Positions 61,344-64,000 of a stretch of DNA of 64,000 nt are shown here, piece by piece. The notes below the pieces were generated by a model that saw nothing but the letters and a program-made list of their open reading frames with translations, was not told the origin of the DNA and searched no databases. Numbering within the stretch: the first letter of the stretch is position 1; every line of letters begins with the position of its first letter. This DNA comes from Gammaproteobacteria bacterium. Lineage in GTDB: Bacteria; Pseudomonadota; Gammaproteobacteria; Eutrophobiales; Eutrophobiaceae. The stretch is from positions 128,001 through 192,000 of the forward strand of contig CBDEUK010000001.1 in assembly GCA_965243205.1 (NCBI GenBank). The letters are read 5' to 3'. The position numbers were made by a program, and so were the translations under genes.

Positions 61344-62282
61344 TTACCCGAAATTTTGCAGTTTTGGGTATTGAATCAGACTATCTACTACTTTATGCCA
61401 TTTTTGCTCGTCCTGCGAGTTAATAGTAATGACATTTTCTTCCTTACGAAACCATGTCATTTGGCGTTTTGCCAATTGACGCGTTGCAATAATAGCGTGT
61501 TTTTGCATTTCATCATAGTCTAGCTCACCATCTAAATATCGCCACACCTGTCTATAGCCAACTAAACGCATTGAAGGCAATGAAGAATTTAACTCTTCAC
61601 GTTGAAATAATGACTCAACTTCTTCAATAAAACCCTGTTCAAGCATTTTAATAAACCGTTGTTTGCAAATATCACGATGAGCTTCTCGCGATTCAGGCAT
61701 TAGTAATATTTTAACAATTTCATCATTGAGAGCTTGGTTTTGTCGATTATTCAGTAACTCACTCATGGGGTTACCAGTGATCTCATAAACTTCTAGTGCT
61801 CGCTGAATACGCTGAGGATCATTGTAATTAATTCGTAAAGCTGACTGAGGATCGATCTGTTGTAATCGTTTGTATAAAACATCTAAACCTTGTTCTCTAT
61901 ATTCCTTATCTAAACGCTGGCGAATACTGGTATCTGCGCTTGGTAACTGACTCAATCCTTCTGACAGACTTTTAAAATATAAACCCGTGCCACCTACTAA
62001 CAATGGTATTTTATTTCTCGCTTGAATTTGCTTAATCTCAGACAAGGCATCGGTTCTGAATTGCGCAGCAGAATAAGTTTGAGTAGGTTCACAAATATCT
62101 ATTAAACGATGCGGTGCTTTAGCTAAAACACTAGGTTCAGGCTTTGCAGTACCAATATCCATTCCCTTATACACCATGGCAGAATCCACACTGATAATTT
62201 CCATCGGAAATTTTTGTATAAGTTCAATCGCAACATCAGTCTTGCCAGTTGCAGTAGGTCCCATTAAAAAAACAACAGCCAT
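61344..62282 (-). CDS. miaA: tRNA dimethylallyltransferase
   Basis: GPTATGKT, DSAMVYKGMDIGTAKP, VGGTGLY and AKRQMTW motifs. Confidence 0.97.
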   Translation of the reverse strand: MAVVFLMGPTATGKTDVAIELIQKFPMEIISVDSAMVYKGMDIGTAKPEPSVLAKAPHRLIDICEPTQTYSAAQFRTDALSEIKQIQARNKIPLLVGGTGLYFKSLSEGLSQLPSADTSIRQRLDKEYREQGLDVLYKRLQQIDPQSALRINYNDPQRIQRALEVYEITGNPMSELLNNRQNQALNDEIVKILLMPESREAHRDICKQRFIKMLEQGFIEEVESLFQREELNSSLPSMRLVGYRQVWRYLDGELDYDEMQKHAIIATRQLAKRQMTWFRKEENVITINSQDEQKWHKVVDSLIQYPKLQNFG

Positions 62283-62284
62283 TA

Positions 62285-63991
62285 TTAAAATTTTTGATTC
62301 AATAATTTTTGTAAGGTTTGTTCATCCAGAACACGAAAACAATTTTCTGTTTGATGGATGTTTTTATAACAAAATGAGAATAGTTGTTTTAATTCGTCAT
62401 CTGATAGTTTTTCAGGCAGTTGGTCATTTGCGCGTTCCGCTATTAACTCTATCAATAACGTCAATAATTCTTCATGCTCTTTTGCAGCGATCAATTCAAT
62501 AACTTGATCAAAGAAATTACGAATATCTATATACTGAACACATTCAGGCAATTGTTTAACCATTATGTGCTCTGGAGAATGGCGTCGAATAGCAAAACCT
62601 AATGTAGATAAAATTTCTTGTTCACTTTCTAGATAATCAATGTTTATTGCTGTATTTTGATATTCGAATGGAATAAGTAATGGACGGCTAATCACTTTAT
62701 TATCTTTTGTAATTTGTGAGCCCAATAATTCTTTTATTCTTTGTGTGCGAGTTTTATAAATATCTATTAACAAAAAGCCTTCATCGACATGATGAATACT
62801 ATATCGACCATTAAAACCAATATTATGGACATTCTGTTTTATAGACTTGTTAAGGTTTTTACTTTCTGACTCATATAGATATTGCACATTTTTTTCTTTA
62901 ACCATTGAAGTTTCAGAATCTGTCGATAATTCAATATTGTTATTTAAAGTCTGATTTTGAATAAAAGAAATATTAGATTTTTTTTCATTGAGTATTTGCT
63001 CCAAACAATGAAATACAAAATCATGTATATCACGAGGCTTATGAAATCGAACTTCCTGTTTACCCGGGTGAACATTGACGTCAAACTGTGAAGCCTGCAT
63101 TTCTAAAAAAATAACATAACAAGGATAACGACCAGGGTGTAACCTTTCATTAAATGCTAATTTAATGGCATGTTGAATATGCTTATCTTTTATAAAACGT
63201 TTATTTAAATAGAGATACTGTTTATCACTTTGATTACGTGCAATTTCAGGCGAGCCAACCCATCCCCATAACCTAAAATCTTTGTCTTTAAAATCAAAAG
63301 CGGTCATGTTTTTGATAAACTCTAAACCCAATATATCTTTCAATCGTCTTTCATAATCTTGTTCTGATGAAGATAGATTTAAACTGATTCGATTATTATG
63401 CTGCAGTTTTATAGCTGTATTAAAATGACAGAGTGAAATTGCTTTAACAGTTGATAAGATAGTTTGAAACTCAGTATTGGCAGAGCGTAAAAATTTTTTT
63501 CTCGCAGGAGTATTAAAAAATAAATCTTTAATTTCTACAGATGTACCTTTTTCATGTGCACACGGCTGAATATTAATTTTTCTATCGTTTAAAAACTCTA
63601 GTTGCATGCCATGTTTAGAATCATCACGACAACTTTGAATAGTAAATTTAGCCACCGACGCAATACTTGCTAGTGCTTCGCCACGGAAGCCAAAACTTTT
63701 TATCGAGTTTAAATCTTCACTTGTCGATAATTTACTGGTGCTATGGCTTTGTAAAGTTAACGATATATCGTCAGGATGAATCCCGTAACCATTGTCAGTA
63801 ACACGTATTAAATTAACGCCTGATTGTTCTATCTGAATTGAGATTTTTGTAGCAGCAGCATCTAAGGAATTCTCCAATAGTTCTTTAATTACTGAAGCAG
63901 GACGTTCGATAACTTCTCCTGCAGCTATTTGATTAGAGACTTGCGGATCCAATACTTTGATACGTGGAACATTTGTTTCGTCAGGCATCAT
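62285..63991 (-). CDS. mutL: DNA mismatch repair protein MutL
   Basis: QIAAGEVIERP, KELLENSLDA, GFRGEAL and DVNVHPGK motifs. Confidence 0.95.
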   Translation of the reverse strand: MMPDETNVPRIKVLDPQVSNQIAAGEVIERPASVIKELLENSLDAAATKISIQIEQSGVNLIRVTDNGYGIHPDDISLTLQSHSTSKLSTSEDLNSIKSFGFRGEALASIASVAKFTIQSCRDDSKHGMQLEFLNDRKINIQPCAHEKGTSVEIKDLFFNTPARKKFLRSANTEFQTILSTVKAISLCHFNTAIKLQHNNRISLNLSSSEQDYERRLKDILGLEFIKNMTAFDFKDKDFRLWGWVGSPEIARNQSDKQYLYLNKRFIKDKHIQHAIKLAFNERLHPGRYPCYVIFLEMQASQFDVNVHPGKQEVRFHKPRDIHDFVFHCLEQILNEKKSNISFIQNQTLNNNIELSTDSETSMVKEKNVQYLYESESKNLNKSIKQNVHNIGFNGRYSIHHVDEGFLLIDIYKTRTQRIKELLGSQITKDNKVISRPLLIPFEYQNTAINIDYLESEQEILSTLGFAIRRHSPEHIMVKQLPECVQYIDIRNFFDQVIELIAAKEHEELLTLLIELIAERANDQLPEKLSDDELKQLFSFCYKNIHQTENCFRVLDEQTLQKLLNQKF

Positions 63992-64000
63992 AGGATGATA

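Overview
AT-rich gammaproteobacterial chromosome segment, mostly housekeeping genes: gltX with tRNA-Ala/tRNA-Glu, leuCD, ubiG-gph, sdhCDAB-sdhE-ygfZ, ffh, radA-alr-dnaB-rplI-rpsR-rpsF, rlmB-rnr and purA-hisZ-hflCKX-hfq-miaA-mutL. Four accessory blocks interrupt them. (1) The 3' part of a large Calx-beta/DUF11 surface protein with seven ~100-aa tandem repeats, next to tRNA-Glu. (2) A divergent locus at 9.3-22.4 kb. One arm encodes a PpiC chaperone, a TpsB/FhaC-type transporter and a secreted protein with no recognisable TPS domain, behind a sigma-54 promoter. The other arm encodes an adenylate cyclase-FHA fusion, a PP2C phosphatase, a membrane Ser/Thr kinase fused to an FGE-sulfatase (TagR-like) domain, an unannotated SHOCT-like microprotein and an EAL-HDOD protein; no T6SS structural genes are in the window. 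(3) A spondin-VPLPA-CTERM gene, a TIGR01244 gene and an SDH-family protease near ffh. (4) DUF1800-DUF1501 plus two VPLPA-CTERM paralogs between purA and rnr. Blocks 2 and 4 lie 43 kb apart but share an 18-bp leader motif (17/18 identical) and near-consensus CRP-type sites, suggesting a phosphorylation-gated cAMP regulon for surface proteins. This is the best candidate for an undescribed system. I saw no CRISPR array, integrase or transposase. All family calls come from reading motifs by eye, not from database searches.
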